From positions 2,368,001 to 2,432,000 of the forward strand of contig OY970218.1 in NCBI GenBank assembly GCA_963713975.1: a stretch of DNA of 64,000 nucleotides. Reading direction: 5' to 3'. Both the position numbers and the translations under genes were made by a program. How positions within the stretch are numbered: position 1 is the first letter of the stretch; the number at the start of each line of letters is the position of its first letter. The notes under the pieces were generated by a model. That model worked only from the letters and a program-made list of their open reading frames with translations. It did not search any database and was not told the origin of the DNA. Source of the stretch: an uncultured Chloroflexia bacterium (GTDB lineage Bacteria; Chloroflexota; Limnocylindria; Limnocylindrales; CSP1-4). Shown here one piece after another: positions 18,619-30,778 of this stretch.

Positions 18619-20115
18619 ATGCCATCCGACATCCGCGTCCGCATCGCGCCCAGCCCGACCGGACCCCTGCACATCGGGACAGCGCGGACGGCGCTGTTCA
18701 ACTACCTGCTCGCAAGGCACACCGGCGGCACCTTCGTCCTCCGCCTCGAGGACACGGACGTCGCCCGCAGCACGGCGGCGTTCGAGAAGGACATCCTCGA
18801 CGGCCTCCACTGGCTGGGCATCACGTGGGACGAGGGCCCCGGTGTGGACGGCCAGGAGGAAGCTGGCCCGTACGCGCCGTATCGCCAGATGGCCCGCCTT
18901 GACGACTACCGGGCAGCCGCCGAGCAGCTGCTGGCGGGCGATCGCGCCTATCCCTGCTACTGCACCCCCGAGGAGCTCGAGGCGGACCGCAAGGCGCAAG
19001 AGGCGGCGAAGCTGCCGGCGCGCTACCTGGGACGCTGCGCGACGCTGACCTCCGAGGAGCGGGCGGCGAAGGCCGCGGAGGGCCGCCGCGGCGCCCTGCG
19101 CTTCCGGGTCCGGCCGGGCATCGTGGGCTGGGACGACCTGGTCCGCGACCGCGTCGAGATCGACACCGCCAACCTCGGCGGCGACTTCGTGATCGTGCGC
19201 GGCGATGGCAATCCGCTCTACCACTTCACCGTGGTGGTCGATGACATGGCGATGCGCATCAGCCACGTCATCCGTGGCGAGGACCACGTCAGCAACACGC
19301 CCAAGCACATCCTGCTGTTCGAGGCGCTTGGCTACCCACTGCCCGCCTTCGCCCACCTCCCGCTCATCCTCAACCCGGACGGGACCAAGATGAGCAAGCG
19401 CAAGAGCCAGACTGCGGTCGCGGACTACGCGGCCCAGGGATTCCTGCGCGAGGCCCTGGTCAACTACTTCTCGTTCCTCGGCTGGTCGCCGGGCACGGAG
19501 GAGGACGTGCTCACGATCGAGGAGATCGTGCAGCGGTTCGACCTGGGCAAGGTCCAGAAGGGCGGCGCCCGCTTCGACCGGGAGCGCCTGGAGTGGCTCA
19601 ACGGGCAGTGGATCCGACGCCTTGACGATGACGACCTGGTGGAGCGGCTGATGCCCTTCCTGGAGGCGTCGCACGTTGCTGGCGAGATCGGGCGGCTGCC
19701 GTCCCGCGAGGACGTCCGCTCGCTGCTGCCGATCGTCCGCGAGCGCATCGCGACCCTCGCGGCCCTGCCGGACGCCGTGGGCTTCCTCTGGACTGACGAC
19801 CTCGAGGTGGAACCGACCGCGATCATCCCGAAGCGCTGGGACGCGGCAACGACGCGGGACGGCCTCAGCGCTGCGCGCGACGTGCTTGCCGCGCACGACG
19901 ACGTCACCTGGCAGGCAGAGGAGCTGGAGCCGCCGCTGCGCGCCCTCGTCGAGGCGCGCGGCTGGAAGGCCGGCGACCTGTTCATGGCCATCCGCGTTGC
20001 CGCGACGGGGAAGACGGCCACGCCGCCCCTGTTCGACACGCTCGTGGCACTCGGCCGCGACCGAACGCTGGCCCGCCTGGACGCCGCGGTCGCGCTTCTC
20101 GCCGCGTCGGCCTGA
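18619..20115 (+). CDS. gltX: Glutamate--tRNA ligase
   Basis: RIAPSPTGPLHIG, LRLEDTD, CYC, IRGEDH, KMSKR, anticodon domain TPPLF. Confidence 0.97.
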   Translation: MPSDIRVRIAPSPTGPLHIGTARTALFNYLLARHTGGTFVLRLEDTDVARSTAAFEKDILDGLHWLGITWDEGPGVDGQEEAGPYAPYRQMARLDDYRAAAEQLLAGDRAYPCYCTPEELEADRKAQEAAKLPARYLGRCATLTSEERAAKAAEGRRGALRFRVRPGIVGWDDLVRDRVEIDTANLGGDFVIVRGDGNPLYHFTVVVDDMAMRISHVIRGEDHVSNTPKHILLFEALGYPLPAFAHLPLILNPDGTKMSKRKSQTAVADYAAQGFLREALVNYFSFLGWSPGTEEDVLTIEEIVQRFDLGKVQKGGARFDRERLEWLNGQWIRRLDDDDLVERLMPFLEASHVAGEIGRLPSREDVRSLLPIVRERIATLAALPDAVGFLWTDDLEVEPTAIIPKRWDAATTRDGLSAARDVLAAHDDVTWQAEELEPPLRALVEARGWKAGDLFMAIRVAATGKTATPPLFDTLVALGRDRTLARLDAAVALLAASA

Positions 20116-20166
20116 GCATCTCGACGGTGACCGGGAGCGCGGCGCCATCCGGTGGCGGAACAGGAC

Positions 20167-20194
20167 ATGAACGCCCCGTGAACACGGCGTTAAC
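20167..20194. promoter_or_regulatory. Pho-box-like 11-bp-period direct repeats upstream of the response regulator
   Basis: ATGAAC(20167), GTGAAC(20178), GTTAAC(20189). Confidence 0.7.
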
Positions 20195-20219
20195 GCGCCG
20201 GCCCGACGATCAAGGGCAC

Positions 20220-20912
20220 ATGGCCCGCACGATCCTCGTCGTGGACGACGAGACGACGCTCCGCGAGACCCTCGTCGAGGCGCTCGAGCTCGAGGGGTAT
20301 CGTGCGATTCCCGCGGCCGACGGACGGGAGGCCCTGGTCACCTTCCGGGCGGAACACCCGGACCTTGTCCTGCTCGACCTGATGCTGCCCGAGCTGTCAG
20401 GCGTCGAGGTCTGCCGGATCCTGCGAGCCGAATCGGCCGTCCCGATCATCATGCTGACGGCCCGCGACGGCGAGGTGGACAAGGTGGTCGGCCTCGAGCT
20501 CGGTGCCGACGACTACGTCACCAAGCCGTTCAGCCTCCGGGAGCTGACCGCCCGGATCCGCGCGATCTTCCGCAGGGCCGAGCAGGCTGCGGCAACCCAG
20601 GCCCAGCCGGTGATCGACCTCGGAACGGTCCAGGTGGACCTCGCCGGCCACCGCGTGCTGCGCGACGGGCAGGCCGTGCCGCTCAAGCCCAAGGCCTTCG
20701 AGCTGCTCGCGTTCCTGGTGCGCAACCCAGGCCAGGTCTTCACCCGCGAGCAGCTCCTGGAGCGGGTCTGGGGCTACGACTACGCGGGCGAGACCCGCAC
20801 GGTCGACGTCCACGTCCACTGGCTGCGGGCCGAGCTGGAGGAGGATCCAGCGGCGCCGCAGTTCCTGCACACCGTCCGCGGCGTGGGCTACGTGTTCCGC
20901 CGCCCGGGCTGA
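20220..20912 (+). CDS. OmpR/PhoB-family response regulator (PhoP/RegX3-like)
   Basis: ILVVDDE, LLDLMLP, GADDYVTKPF, winged helix RTVDVHV, TVRGVGY. Confidence 0.93.
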   Translation: MARTILVVDDETTLRETLVEALELEGYRAIPAADGREALVTFRAEHPDLVLLDLMLPELSGVEVCRILRAESAVPIIMLTARDGEVDKVVGLELGADDYVTKPFSLRELTARIRAIFRRAEQAAATQAQPVIDLGTVQVDLAGHRVLRDGQAVPLKPKAFELLAFLVRNPGQVFTREQLLERVWGYDYAGETRTVDVHVHWLRAELEEDPAAPQFLHTVRGVGYVFRRPG

Positions 20913-20937
20913 TCGGCCCACGACCCATCCGGATCGG

Positions 20938-21552
20938 TCAGGCGTTCTTGGCGATGATCCGCTCGATGACCTCGCCCGCGTCCTCGGCGGCGTCGATCGT
21001 GTTCTCCAGCGCGAGGTAGACGTCGCGCCATTTGATGACCTCGATTGCCTCGACCCGGTCGCGGAACAGGCGGGCCACTGCCGCCCGGGACAGGCCGTCC
21101 GCCTCGTTCTCGAGGTCGTGGATCTGCTTGAGGTTGGGCTCGATGCCCTTCATCCCGTCGAGCTTGCCGACCGCCTCGTTGAGCTGGTTGGCCTGGGCCG
21201 CGAGGATGCCTGCCAGGTGGCGAGCGTCATCCGTTGGCGCCTTGACGTCGTAGATGACGAACGTCTCGGCGATCTCCTGGATCCCGTCCAGCACGTCATC
21301 GAGGCGGGACACCAGGTCGTGGATGTCCTCGCGGTCGAACGGCGTGATGAACGCGCGGTCGAGACGGACCTCGACCTCGGTGTCGATCTCGTCGCCGCGA
21401 TGCTCGAGGGCGCGAATCTCCGCCACGCGCTCGTCCAGCCGGTCATAGACGCCGATCATGTCCTCGAGCTTGCGGGCCGCTTCGAGCAGGACCTGGGCGT
21501 CCTCGACGAACAGGTCCTGGAACCGCTCGTCCTTGGGGATCAGTCGCACCAT
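20938..21552 (-). CDS. DUF47 (PhoU-like) Pit accessory protein
   Basis: LEHRGD, FITPFDREDI, LENEAD, IKWRDVY; directly downstream of pit. Confidence 0.92.
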   Translation of the reverse strand: MVRLIPKDERFQDLFVEDAQVLLEAARKLEDMIGVYDRLDERVAEIRALEHRGDEIDTEVEVRLDRAFITPFDREDIHDLVSRLDDVLDGIQEIAETFVIYDVKAPTDDARHLAGILAAQANQLNEAVGKLDGMKGIEPNLKQIHDLENEADGLSRAAVARLFRDRVEAIEVIKWRDVYLALENTIDAAEDAGEVIERIIAKNA

Positions 21553-21619
21553 CGGGGTTCCTTTCGCTGGTTCGTGGCGGGCAAGGTGTCGGGGTGCGGC
21601 CGCCGGCCGCCGATGACGT

Positions 21620-22624
21620 TCACCTGAGGCCGATTGCGTTGAGGATGTACCAGGCCAGGGCGCCGACGGTCATGGTCGCGGGGAAGGTGAGGACCCAGGC
21701 GCCGAAGATGTTCCGGGCGACGCCCCAGCGGACGCCCTTGCGGCCCTTGCTCGAGCCGACGCCCATGATCGCGCTCGAGATCACGTGCGTGGTCGAGACC
21801 GGCATGCCGAAGTGGGCCGCGCCGTAGATAACGGTCGCGGCGGTCGTCTCCGCGGCGAATCCGTGAATGGGCTCCAGCTCCACGACCTTGTGGCCCATCG
21901 TGTGCATGATCCGCCAGCCGCCCGCCGCGGTACCAAGGCTGATCGCCGTCGCCGAGATGACGATCACCTCCCACGGGATCGTGTCGGCGTTGGGGAGGAC
22001 GCCTCCGGCGACCAGGGCGAGGGTGATGATGCCCATCGTCTTCTGGGCATCGTTGGAGCCGTGGGCGAAGGCCATGAAGCCGGCCGAGACCACCTGGGCC
22101 CTCCGGAACCCCTTGGCAAGGGGGCGGCGCTGCACACGTCGGAAGGCCCAGTAGAGCGTGACCATCAGCACGAGAGCCATGGAGAAGCCGATGATCGGCG
22201 ACGTGACCAGGGGCACGATGACCTTGCTCCAGATCCCCGGCAGGTTCAGCTCGTCCCAACCCGCGCCGACGATCGTCGCCCCCAGCAGCCCGCCGATGAG
22301 GGCGTGGCTACTCGAGCTCGGCAGGCCGAGCCGCCAGGTGATGAGGTTCCACGTGATCGCCCCGATCAGGGCGGCAGCGACGATCGCCTGTGTCGTGCTG
22401 GCTTCGTTCACGAGGCCCGCGCCGATCGTCTTGGCCACGGCGGTGCCCGCGAACGCACCGATGAAGTTGAACGCGGCCGCCATCGCGATGGCGTACTGGG
22501 GTCGGAGCGCCTTGGTCGCGACGGAGGTGGCGATCGCGTTGGCGGTGTCGTGGAAGCCGTTGACATAGTCGAAGGCAACGGCGAGGCCGATAACGATGAC
22601 GAGCGTGAGCGTGATGCCTTCCAC
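21620..22624 (-). CDS. pitA: Pit inorganic phosphate transporter
   Basis: NGFHDTANAIAT, PSSSSHAL, AHGSNDAQKTMG, PVSTTH. Confidence 0.95.
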   Translation of the reverse strand: MEGITLTLVIVIGLAVAFDYVNGFHDTANAIATSVATKALRPQYAIAMAAAFNFIGAFAGTAVAKTIGAGLVNEASTTQAIVAAALIGAITWNLITWRLGLPSSSSHALIGGLLGATIVGAGWDELNLPGIWSKVIVPLVTSPIIGFSMALVLMVTLYWAFRRVQRRPLAKGFRRAQVVSAGFMAFAHGSNDAQKTMGIITLALVAGGVLPNADTIPWEVIVISATAISLGTAAGGWRIMHTMGHKVVELEPIHGFAAETTAATVIYGAAHFGMPVSTTHVISSAIMGVGSSKGRKGVRWGVARNIFGAWVLTFPATMTVGALAWYILNAIGLR

Positions 22625-22798
22625 GGCTCCGGTGCGCCTCGAATGCGGGTGTGGGCGGTGGGACGAGGCGAGCGGTCGTCGCGGTCTGATCTGATCCCCG
22701 GCTTGCCGCCCCTCAGCATACCGGCTTCGGGCCCCCTACCCGTCGGACGAATCGAATAAGGACAGAGGCGATCCGCGGCGACCGGTAGACTTCCGGCC

Positions 22799-24517
22799 AT
22801 GCGCCTTTCCCACCTGTTCTTCACCACGCTCCGCGACGACCCCTCCGAAGCGGAGATGCCATCCCACCGCCTGCTCCTGCGCGCCGGCTACGTGCGCCAA
22901 CTGGGCGCTGGCATCTACTCGCTGCTCCCGCTCGGGTTCCGCGTCAACAAGCGAGTGGAACAGGTGATCCGCGAGGAGCTCAACGCCATCGGCGGCCAGG
23001 AGATGGAGATGCCGGTCGTCCATCCCGCGGACCTGTGGCGCGAGACCGGCCGCTACGACGTGATCGGCCCGGAGATGGCGCGCTTCAAGGATCGCGCGGA
23101 CCGGGACATGGTCCTGGCCATGACCCACGAGGAGGTCGTGGCGGACCTGCTGCGCGACATCGTCAAGAGCTATCGCCAGCTGCCGTTCATCGTCTATCAC
23201 TTCCAGACGAAGTTCCGCGACGAGCCCCGGTCCCGTGGCGGCCTCATCCGCGTGCGCGAGTTCGTGATGAAGGACAGCTACACCTGCGATCGCGACGAGG
23301 CGGGGCTGGACACCGCCTACTGGGCTCACCACCGGGCCTACACACGCATCTTCGAGCGCCTGGGCCTGGACACCGTGGCCGTCTCCTCGGACGTCGGGAT
23401 GATGGGTGGCTCGCTTGCCCACGAGTTCATGTTCCTGAACCCGGCCGGTGAGGACGTGCTGGTCCTGTGCGAGTCGTGCGGGTACGCGGCCAACCGCCAG
23501 GTCGCCCCGACCACCGCTGCGGAGCCGGCCGCGGAGGATCTTCTCCCGGTCGAGGACGTTGCCACCCCCGACGCGACGACGATCGACGGCCTGGCCGCGT
23601 TCCTGGACATTCCCACGAGCCGCACCGCGAAGGCGACCTTCTTCGTCGCCGGTGACGGCCGCTTCGTGGTCGCGATCGTCCGCGGTGACCACGATGTCAA
23701 CGAGACCAAGCTTGTGAACGCGATCAAGGCAACCGGCGGGCTCCGCCCGGCGCAGATCGAGGAGATCAAGGCGCGCGGCATGGAGCCCGGTTACGGCTCG
23801 CCGATCGGGGCCACGGACGCCGTGGTGGTCGTGGACGCGCTGGCGGCCAGGAGCCCGAACCTGGTTGCGGGCGCCAACCGGCCCGGCTATCACCTGCGCA
23901 ACGTGAACGTGCCCCGGGACTACACGCCGGACGTGATCGCCGACCTTGCGAGCGTGCGCGATGGCGATGCCTGCCCGGAGTGCGGCGGGCCCGTGATCCT
24001 GCGCAACGGCATCGAGGTGGGCAACATCTTCAAGCTTGGGACCAAGTACACGAAGGCGCTCGGCGCCGAGTACCTGGGCGAGGACGGCGAGCGGCACCCG
24101 ATCGTCATGGGCTCCTATGGCATCGGCCTCGGGCGCAACGTCGCCTGCATCGTGGAGGCCCACCACGACGAGAAGGGCATCGCCTGGCCGGCCGAGGTTG
24201 CCCCCTACCGCGCCCACCTGGTCGCGATCGGGGCCAACAAGGATCCGCAGGTGGCCGAGACCGCCGAGCGTCTCCACGACATGGCAACGGCAGCCGGGCC
24301 GGATCACGAGATCCTGTACGACGATCGCGAGGAGTCGCCCGGCGTCAAGTTCACGGACGCGGAGCTGCTTGGGATGCCCTGGATCCTGACCGTCAGCCCG
24401 AGGTCCATCGCGGCGGGCGGCGTGGAGGTGACGCACCGCGCCACCGGCGAGCGGTCGGTCCGGCCCATCGCCGAGGTGGAGGACTTCCTGGCCGGCCGCG
24501 CCGCCACCCCGGCCTGA
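22799..24517 (+). CDS. proS: Proline--tRNA ligase (with INS editing domain)
   Basis: LLLRAGYVRQ, THEEV, FRDEPRSRGGLIRVREFVMKD, EVGNIFKLG, MGSYGIG. Confidence 0.97.
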   Translation: MRLSHLFFTTLRDDPSEAEMPSHRLLLRAGYVRQLGAGIYSLLPLGFRVNKRVEQVIREELNAIGGQEMEMPVVHPADLWRETGRYDVIGPEMARFKDRADRDMVLAMTHEEVVADLLRDIVKSYRQLPFIVYHFQTKFRDEPRSRGGLIRVREFVMKDSYTCDRDEAGLDTAYWAHHRAYTRIFERLGLDTVAVSSDVGMMGGSLAHEFMFLNPAGEDVLVLCESCGYAANRQVAPTTAAEPAAEDLLPVEDVATPDATTIDGLAAFLDIPTSRTAKATFFVAGDGRFVVAIVRGDHDVNETKLVNAIKATGGLRPAQIEEIKARGMEPGYGSPIGATDAVVVVDALAARSPNLVAGANRPGYHLRNVNVPRDYTPDVIADLASVRDGDACPECGGPVILRNGIEVGNIFKLGTKYTKALGAEYLGEDGERHPIVMGSYGIGLGRNVACIVEAHHDEKGIAWPAEVAPYRAHLVAIGANKDPQVAETAERLHDMATAAGPDHEILYDDREESPGVKFTDAELLGMPWILTVSPRSIAAGGVEVTHRATGERSVRPIAEVEDFLAGRAATPA

Positions 24518-24535
24518 CCCGGACGGCGATCGGCC

Positions 24536-25657
24536 GTGCCCGGCCCGCTGGTCCCCGTGGACGATCTGTACGCACGTCTCGAGGTTGCGACGGACGCCTC
24601 CCCGGAGGCCATCGAGCTCGCCTGGCGTGCGCTGCTCAAGCGTCATCACCCCGACGTCGCCGGTGACGATGACGCCGCCCTGGAGCGGGCCAAGCGCATC
24701 AACGTCGCCCACGACTGGCTGAGCGACCCCGACCTCCGGGCGAGGTACGACGGGGACCGACTCGGCCTGGCACCGCTGCCGTCCGGCAGGGCCCGCCGGC
24801 CTGGCTATCGCCCCCGGGTGTCACGGACGCCGTGGGCCGGCCAGCCGGGGCCGCGGGCCACGGCGCGTCCGGGCGACCGGCGTTCGACTCGCCCGGACCT
24901 GGTCCGCGGCGAGCCGGCCGAGCGCCTCGCGCGGTTCCTCGCCCACGTCGAACAGCTCACGCCGGACGAGTTGGACCGCCTGTGCGCCGCCGAGCCGCCG
25001 CCGATCGCCTTCCTGGCCACGATCCGCCGGTTCCTGCCGCCCGATGCGCTGGCTTCGTTCGCGGCCGCTGAGGCGGAGCTCGTCCGACGCGTCCCACCGG
25101 ACCGCTGGTCCGAGGTGGGCCTGCGCGAGGGGCTGCTGGGCGTCGCCGCGGAGCTGGTCCTCGCGACGTTCCTCGATGACCTGCTGGCCGAGCCCTTCAG
25201 GGGGCGTGCCAGGGAGCGGCTGCTGCGCGCCTGGGAGGCGTCGGTGGACCAGCCGCGCCATGGTCCCAACGGTGACCAGGTCGCCGCCCTCCGTGATCGG
25301 GCCGCCGTGATGACACGGGCGGAGCTGGCGGCGCTGATCCAGGCCTCGCACGGGATCGTGGGGGACGACCGGCCGTGGCCCGAGGCGCTCGATCGCGACG
25401 AGGACGAGGCGCTGCGCATCTCGGCCCTCCTGGCCGCCAGGGACGTCGCGGCCGCCGTCCCGGTGGAGGGGCTCGCGCCGGCGGTGGCGGCCCGCGTCCG
25501 GCGCCTGGCCGCCCGCGCTGGCCACGTGACCGCCCTGCGCCATGCATTCGATGCCCCGATCTTCGCGGCGCTGCTCGCTCCGTGGGCGGCCGCGACGGGT
25601 ATGGACATCGGCGGCCTCCGCGGCCCGGCAGGACCCGGCGTCCGGCGCGCGCGCTGA
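24536..25657 (+). CDS. J-domain protein with unrecognised helical C-terminus
   Basis: DLYARLEV...AWRALLKRHHPD...INVAHDWLSDPDLRARYD. Confidence 0.85.
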   Translation: MPGPLVPVDDLYARLEVATDASPEAIELAWRALLKRHHPDVAGDDDAALERAKRINVAHDWLSDPDLRARYDGDRLGLAPLPSGRARRPGYRPRVSRTPWAGQPGPRATARPGDRRSTRPDLVRGEPAERLARFLAHVEQLTPDELDRLCAAEPPPIAFLATIRRFLPPDALASFAAAEAELVRRVPPDRWSEVGLREGLLGVAAELVLATFLDDLLAEPFRGRARERLLRAWEASVDQPRHGPNGDQVAALRDRAAVMTRAELAALIQASHGIVGDDRPWPEALDRDEDEALRISALLAARDVAAAVPVEGLAPAVAARVRRLAARAGHVTALRHAFDAPIFAALLAPWAAATGMDIGGLRGPAGPGVRRAR

Positions 25658-25683
25658 CGGCGGCCTGTGCGATGCTCGCCGGC

Positions 25684-26892
25684 ATGGAAGGCCTGCTGGT
25701 CATCGCGGTCGTGGGGCTGGCCATTGCGCTCGCGGCCGCCCTGCTGGTGATGCGCCGGCGGGCAAACGAGCTGGACAGCCTGGCGACCTCCCGCGCCGCC
25801 CTGGAGCCCCTGCGTCCGGTAGTCTCGGAGCCGGCCGCGATGCCATCGGCCGGGACGGAAGTCTGCGACATCCTTCCCGTTGGCGTGCTGCGGATCGACG
25901 GCGACCACCGCATCGTCACCGCCAATCCCCGTGCCCACGAGCTCCTTGGCGTCGCGCCCGGCATCCTGCCCGGACGCAGCGTGATGGAGGCGTTCCTGGA
26001 CGCCCGTCTCGAGGCGTTCCTGGACGGCGTGACCACGGGCGGGTCGGGCGTCACCGAGGCCAGGGCAGGCCGTAACGACCAGACGCTGCTCCACGTGCGT
26101 GCCCACCGTCACGCGCTCGACGACCTGGCCGTGACGCTGGAGGACGTCACGGAGCTCAGACGCCTCCAGCAGATCCGCACGGAGTTCATCGACAACCTGG
26201 GGCACGAGCTGCGGACGCCGCTGTCGACGGTGACGCTGCTCGCGGAGACGCTCGCGCGCGAGGCCGAGATGGCCGACGTCCCGCCGCGGATGCGGGAGCG
26301 CATCGCCCTGATCGAGGTCGAGTCGGGACACCTCGCCCAGATGGTCAACGAGATGCTGGACCTCGCCCGGATCGAGGGCGGATCGCAGCTCCAGCGCGAC
26401 GAGGACGTTGACCTCGGCCGGCTGGCAGCGGCCGCCACGGATCGCCTGCGGCTGTTCGCCGAGCGCAACGGCGTGACCCTCGTCGTGGACGCGGCCCCCG
26501 ACCTGCCCACGGTACGTGGCGACGAGTCGCGCCTCGGCCAGGTCGTGGTCAACCTGGTCCACAACGCCGTCAAGTTCAGCCCGGACGGCGGTGATGTCCG
26601 GGTGGAGGTCCGCCGGGATCGGAACGCGGTCGCCGTTGCCGTCATCGACCATGGGATCGGCATCGGCAGGACCGACCGGGCGCGGATCTTCGAGCGCTTC
26701 TACAAGGCCGATCGGGCCCGCATGCGCGGTGGGGGGACCGGCCTTGGCCTCGCCATCGCACGCAACGTCGTCGAGGGGCACGGAGGGAAGATCCGGGTCG
26801 ACTCGGAGGAGGGCCGTGGCTCCGTGTTCACCTTCACCATCCCGATCGACCAGCCCGCGGCGCAGCTGCCGGCATCGCCGCCGCCCGTCTGA
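25684..26892 (+). CDS. PhoR/SenX3-like sensor histidine kinase
   Basis: Single N-terminal TM, PAS domain, H-box HELRTPL, NLVHNAVKF, DHGIG, IFERFY, GTGLGLAI. Confidence 0.92.
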   Translation: MEGLLVIAVVGLAIALAAALLVMRRRANELDSLATSRAALEPLRPVVSEPAAMPSAGTEVCDILPVGVLRIDGDHRIVTANPRAHELLGVAPGILPGRSVMEAFLDARLEAFLDGVTTGGSGVTEARAGRNDQTLLHVRAHRHALDDLAVTLEDVTELRRLQQIRTEFIDNLGHELRTPLSTVTLLAETLAREAEMADVPPRMRERIALIEVESGHLAQMVNEMLDLARIEGGSQLQRDEDVDLGRLAAAATDRLRLFAERNGVTLVVDAAPDLPTVRGDESRLGQVVVNLVHNAVKFSPDGGDVRVEVRRDRNAVAVAVIDHGIGIGRTDRARIFERFYKADRARMRGGGTGLGLAIARNVVEGHGGKIRVDSEEGRGSVFTFTIPIDQPAAQLPASPPPV

Positions 26893-26909
26893 CGGAGGAG
26901 CCCGCGCCC

Positions 26910-27656
26910 ATGGACCGCCTGCTCGTTTCGACGCTCAACATCCGCAACCTCGCTGATCGCTGGGACGAGCGGCTGCCGCTCCTGCTTGCCGACATGGCGG
27001 CCCTCCAGCCGGACCTGATGGGGCTCAACGAGGTCGTGTACCCGCTGCAGCAGGACCGGCTGATGGGAGCAGCCGGCGAGGGTCGCTACGAGGCCGTCCG
27101 TGGCTGGGCGGGCCGTCCGGAGTATGGCAACAGCCTGCTGGTCCGGGCGCCGCTGGTCGCCACCGACGCCGACCGCCTCGACCTGGGCGCGACCCGGTCC
27201 GCCCACCGGGTGCAGGTCGTCCTCCCCGGTGGCGCGCGACTGGTCGTTGCCGTGGCTCACCTCCACCATGTTCCGGCTGACGGGGCGCTTCGCGATGCCC
27301 AGGTGGAGGCGCTGGCAGCCTGGCTGGATGCCTCGCCACCGCATGACGCGCTGATCGTGGTCGGGGACTTCAACGCGGAACCCACCGAGCCGGCGTATGG
27401 CCGGATGCGGGCCGCGGGATTCGGGTCCGCCTACGCCGATGCCAACGGTGTAGATCCGGCGGTCACCTGGCCGTCCGGGCTGGTGGCCCCGGCGGCGGAC
27501 AAGGACGGCGATCCCGGCTGTCTCGACTACATCTGGCTGCGTGGTGCGGTGCGCGCGGAGGATGCCCGGCTGGTCTTCGACCGCCCGGCCATCGGGGATC
27601 CCACGCTGTTCCCATCGGACCACTTCGGCCTGGCCGCACGGGTCGTGATCGAGTGA
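26910..27656 (+). CDS. Endonuclease/exonuclease/phosphatase (EEP) family protein
   Basis: TLNI, LNEV, YGNSLL, GDFN, LDYI, SDH. Confidence 0.88.
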   Translation: MDRLLVSTLNIRNLADRWDERLPLLLADMAALQPDLMGLNEVVYPLQQDRLMGAAGEGRYEAVRGWAGRPEYGNSLLVRAPLVATDADRLDLGATRSAHRVQVVLPGGARLVVAVAHLHHVPADGALRDAQVEALAAWLDASPPHDALIVVGDFNAEPTEPAYGRMRAAGFGSAYADANGVDPAVTWPSGLVAPAADKDGDPGCLDYIWLRGAVRAEDARLVFDRPAIGDPTLFPSDHFGLAARVVIE

Positions 27657-28321
27657 TGCCGACCCGGCCGCTGCGACTCGCGCACCGTGGCGACTGGCGG
27701 GCGGCGCCCGAGAACACGCTCGAGGCCTTCCGCGCCGCCATGCGGATCCCTGGCTGTGACGGAGTGGAGCTCGACGTCCGGCTGTCCCGTGACCGGGTCC
27801 CGATGGTCCTCCACGATGCAACCCTGGCCCGGGTGCAGCATCACCCGGAGGCCGTGGACGCGCTCGACGTCGCCAATCTCGAGGTCCTCGGCGTTCCCCG
27901 GCTGGCGACGGTCCTCGCGGAGCTCCCCGGCGCATGGCTGGACGTCGAGCTCAAGGGCGAGGATCACGGGCAGGCGACCGCCGCCGTCCTGCGCGCCGCC
28001 CGCGGCGCGGAACCCCGGAACGCGATCGTGTCCTCGTTCGACCCACCCGCGCTGGTCGCGATGGCGGACCTGCTCCCCGGCTGGGGACGCTGGCTGAACA
28101 CCGCCGACATGGCACCCGCCACGCTCTCGCTGGCGCTCGGTCTCGGCTGCCGCGGCATCGCCGTCCTGTGGGGCGCGATCACCCCGGCGTCGATGCGGAC
28201 GGCTCACGAGGCAGGGCTCGAGGTCGCTGCCTGGACGGTCCGCCGGCGCGCCACGTTCCAGAGGCTCGGCCGCCTCGGGGTCGTGACCTGCTGCGTCGAG
28301 GCGGCCGCGCTGGACGGCTGA
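27653..28321 (+). CDS. Glycerophosphodiester phosphodiesterase
   Basis: AHRG, PENTLEAF, ELDV, LHD, VELK, AWTV. Confidence 0.9.
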   Translation: MMPTRPLRLAHRGDWRAAPENTLEAFRAAMRIPGCDGVELDVRLSRDRVPMVLHDATLARVQHHPEAVDALDVANLEVLGVPRLATVLAELPGAWLDVELKGEDHGQATAAVLRAARGAEPRNAIVSSFDPPALVAMADLLPGWGRWLNTADMAPATLSLALGLGCRGIAVLWGAITPASMRTAHEAGLEVAAWTVRRRATFQRLGRLGVVTCCVEAAALDG

Positions 28322-28332
28322 GGCTCCCCCGA

Positions 28333-30708
<2,376 letters not shown>

Positions 30709-30778
30709 GGCAGCCATGGTAGGTGCAGCCCGTCGATCCGTGTCCCCGGCCCGTCCCGCGGCGATCAGGTGGTGGCGC

